DNA of 39,898 bases from Anaerolineales bacterium (lineage in GTDB: Bacteria; Chloroflexota; Anaerolineae; Anaerolineales; UBA6663), in NCBI GenBank assembly GCA_025057205.1, contig JANWXR010000002.1:1-39898 (forward strand). Direction: 5' to 3'. Shown one piece after another: positions 39,765 to 39,898 of the stretch. A program made the position numbers and the translations under genes. The stretch's first letter is position 1. The number at the start of each line of letters is the position of its first letter. Under the pieces are notes generated by a model. That model saw only the letters and a list, made by a program, of their open reading frames with translations, was not told where the DNA came from and made no database searches.

Positions 39765-39898
39765 ATGCCTTTCTTCACTCATGACGATGTGCGGTTGCGC
39801 TATGAAACGTACGGCGCGGGAACCCCCGTTATCTTCCTGCATGGCCTTGGCTCCGGTGCGGATGATTGGGCGTTGCAAATCCCGGCCTTTGCCAAACG
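39765..39898 (+). CDS. Alpha/beta hydrolase, N-terminal part (runs off the right edge)
   Basis: MPFFTHDDVRLRYETYGAGTPVIFLHGLGSGADDWALQIPAFAK is the classical N-terminus and HG oxyanion motif of alpha/beta-fold hydrolases. Confidence 0.7.
   Translation, partial: MPFFTHDDVRLRYETYGAGTPVIFLHGLGSGADDWALQIPAFAK

Overview
High-GC (roughly 63-65%) bacterial chromosomal window. The phylum guess (Chloroflexota-like, from the giant GAF-array sensors and the repeat types) is a weak inference only. I recognised no rRNA, tRNA or CRISPR array. (1) 1-12.3 kb holds mostly minus-strand genes: an MFS transporter fragment, a HerA/FtsK-like ATPase with a small membrane protein, a PIN/Phd toxin-antitoxin pair, a CPBP protease, DUF72, a PNPOx-like protein, an alpha/beta hydrolase and dgkA. 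These are interspersed with a lot of mobile-DNA debris. The debris includes a triple-nested transposon structure, two small MITE-like families, IS4-like and IS1595-like transposase fragments, and several truncated genes. (2) 12.5-36.1 kb is one co-directional plus-strand block. It starts with a cell-wall amidase and continues as an approximately 23-kb sensory array. The array contains a PAS-GAF histidine kinase, an OmpR-type regulator, a REC-REC-GAF hybrid kinase, three consecutive large GAF proteins with no recognisable output domain, a ParA-type ATPase whose 3' end overlaps a 1524-aa PAS/GAF kinase, a threonine-synthase-like PLP enzyme fused to a receiver, and a stand-alone receiver. (3) Directly downstream lies a c-di-GMP-I (GEMM-I)-like riboswitch with a readable terminator/antiterminator. 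After it come about 1.1 kb without a convincing gene, a MITE copy, obg, and the start of another alpha/beta hydrolase. The most interesting candidates are the output-less GAF proteins with a shared half-GAF-like C-terminal tail, embedded with ParA and the kinases, and the orphan riboswitch. All homology statements come from reading the translations and from memory of family motifs. No database search was run.
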